Source: Octopus sinensis (lineage: Eukaryota). Taken from it: a stretch of 36,127 nt of DNA. Numbering within the stretch: the stretch's first letter is position 1; every line of letters begins with the position of its first letter. Positions 35,570 through 36,127 of the stretch are shown one piece after another. Where the stretch lies: contig NW_021831928.1 in NCBI RefSeq assembly GCF_006345805.1, positions 1-36,127 of the forward strand, given 5' to 3'. The notes below the pieces were generated by a model. It saw only the letters and a list, made by a program, of their open reading frames with translations, was not told the origin of the DNA and did not search any database. The position numbers were made by a program, and so were the translations under genes.

Positions 35570-35660
35570 TTCCTAATTCTTCTTCTTTTTCTTCGTCTCT
35601 TCCTAATTCTTCTTCTTCTTCTTCTTCTTCTTCTTCTTCTTCTTCCCACTTCCTCCTCCT
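35345..35660. repeat. (GTT)n/(CTT)n/(CTA)n trinucleotide block
   Basis: Direct reading. Confidence 0.9.
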
Positions 35661-36054
35661 TCACCTCCCTTCACCGGAAAAGTGATTTCTTTCTTTATAT
35701 AGTTAACTTTACAAGTCTGTCCTTGAAGGGGAGAAGGGACCACTAACGTGCCACGAGCAGTCAACGCTGCTGCTGCTGCTACTGCTGCTGCTGCTACTGC
35801 TGCTGCTGCTACTGCTGCTGCTGCTGCGGTTGTTGTTGCTATTGTTGGTGTCGACATCGTCACTGTTATAATTTATTCAACCATGTAAACATAAGACCGG
35901 AATTAACCAATTATCAATTTGCATCTAAAAACACAAATATTTAATACTTTTGCTCCCTTATCTTGTATAAACATATTTCCTTTGGGGAATCCACATACCT
36001 CAGTTCTTCACAAGACAAACCTTATTTCCCACTCTTCTATCTCTCTCTCTTTCT

Positions 36055-36127
<73 letters not shown>

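Overview
AT-rich, microsatellite-saturated animal genomic DNA. The repeat landscape (tRNA-derived SINEs with internal TA/TG tracts, Penelope, RTE, CR1/L2, R4/Dong, Tx1 and mariner relics) is most consistent with an octopus or other cephalopod; this is inference from repeat content. One intact protein-coding gene could be assembled by hand: five coding exons on the + strand (18056-18390, 25916-26083, 26483-26746, 29495-29718, 33149-33771), all GT-AG with matching phases 2,2,2,1, totalling 1614 nt (537 aa). It encodes a secreted penicillin-binding-protein/class C beta-lactamase-like serine hydrolase with a signal peptide, S93-L-T-K, Y185-S-N, H337-T-G and 10 N-glycosylation sequons. A TATA box and Inr sit directly upstream. 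The rest is transposon debris and simple repeats, and almost all ORFs in the supplied track are microsatellite artefacts. The main unannotated signal is a set of minimal type-I hammerhead-ribozyme-like motifs from several repeat families. These include a ~294-nt head-to-tail unit resembling a retrozyme or Penelope pLTR. There is also evidence of SINE/LINE 3'-tail sharing and of (TAA)n-targeted insertion. All family assignments come from recognising motifs by eye; no database searches were run.
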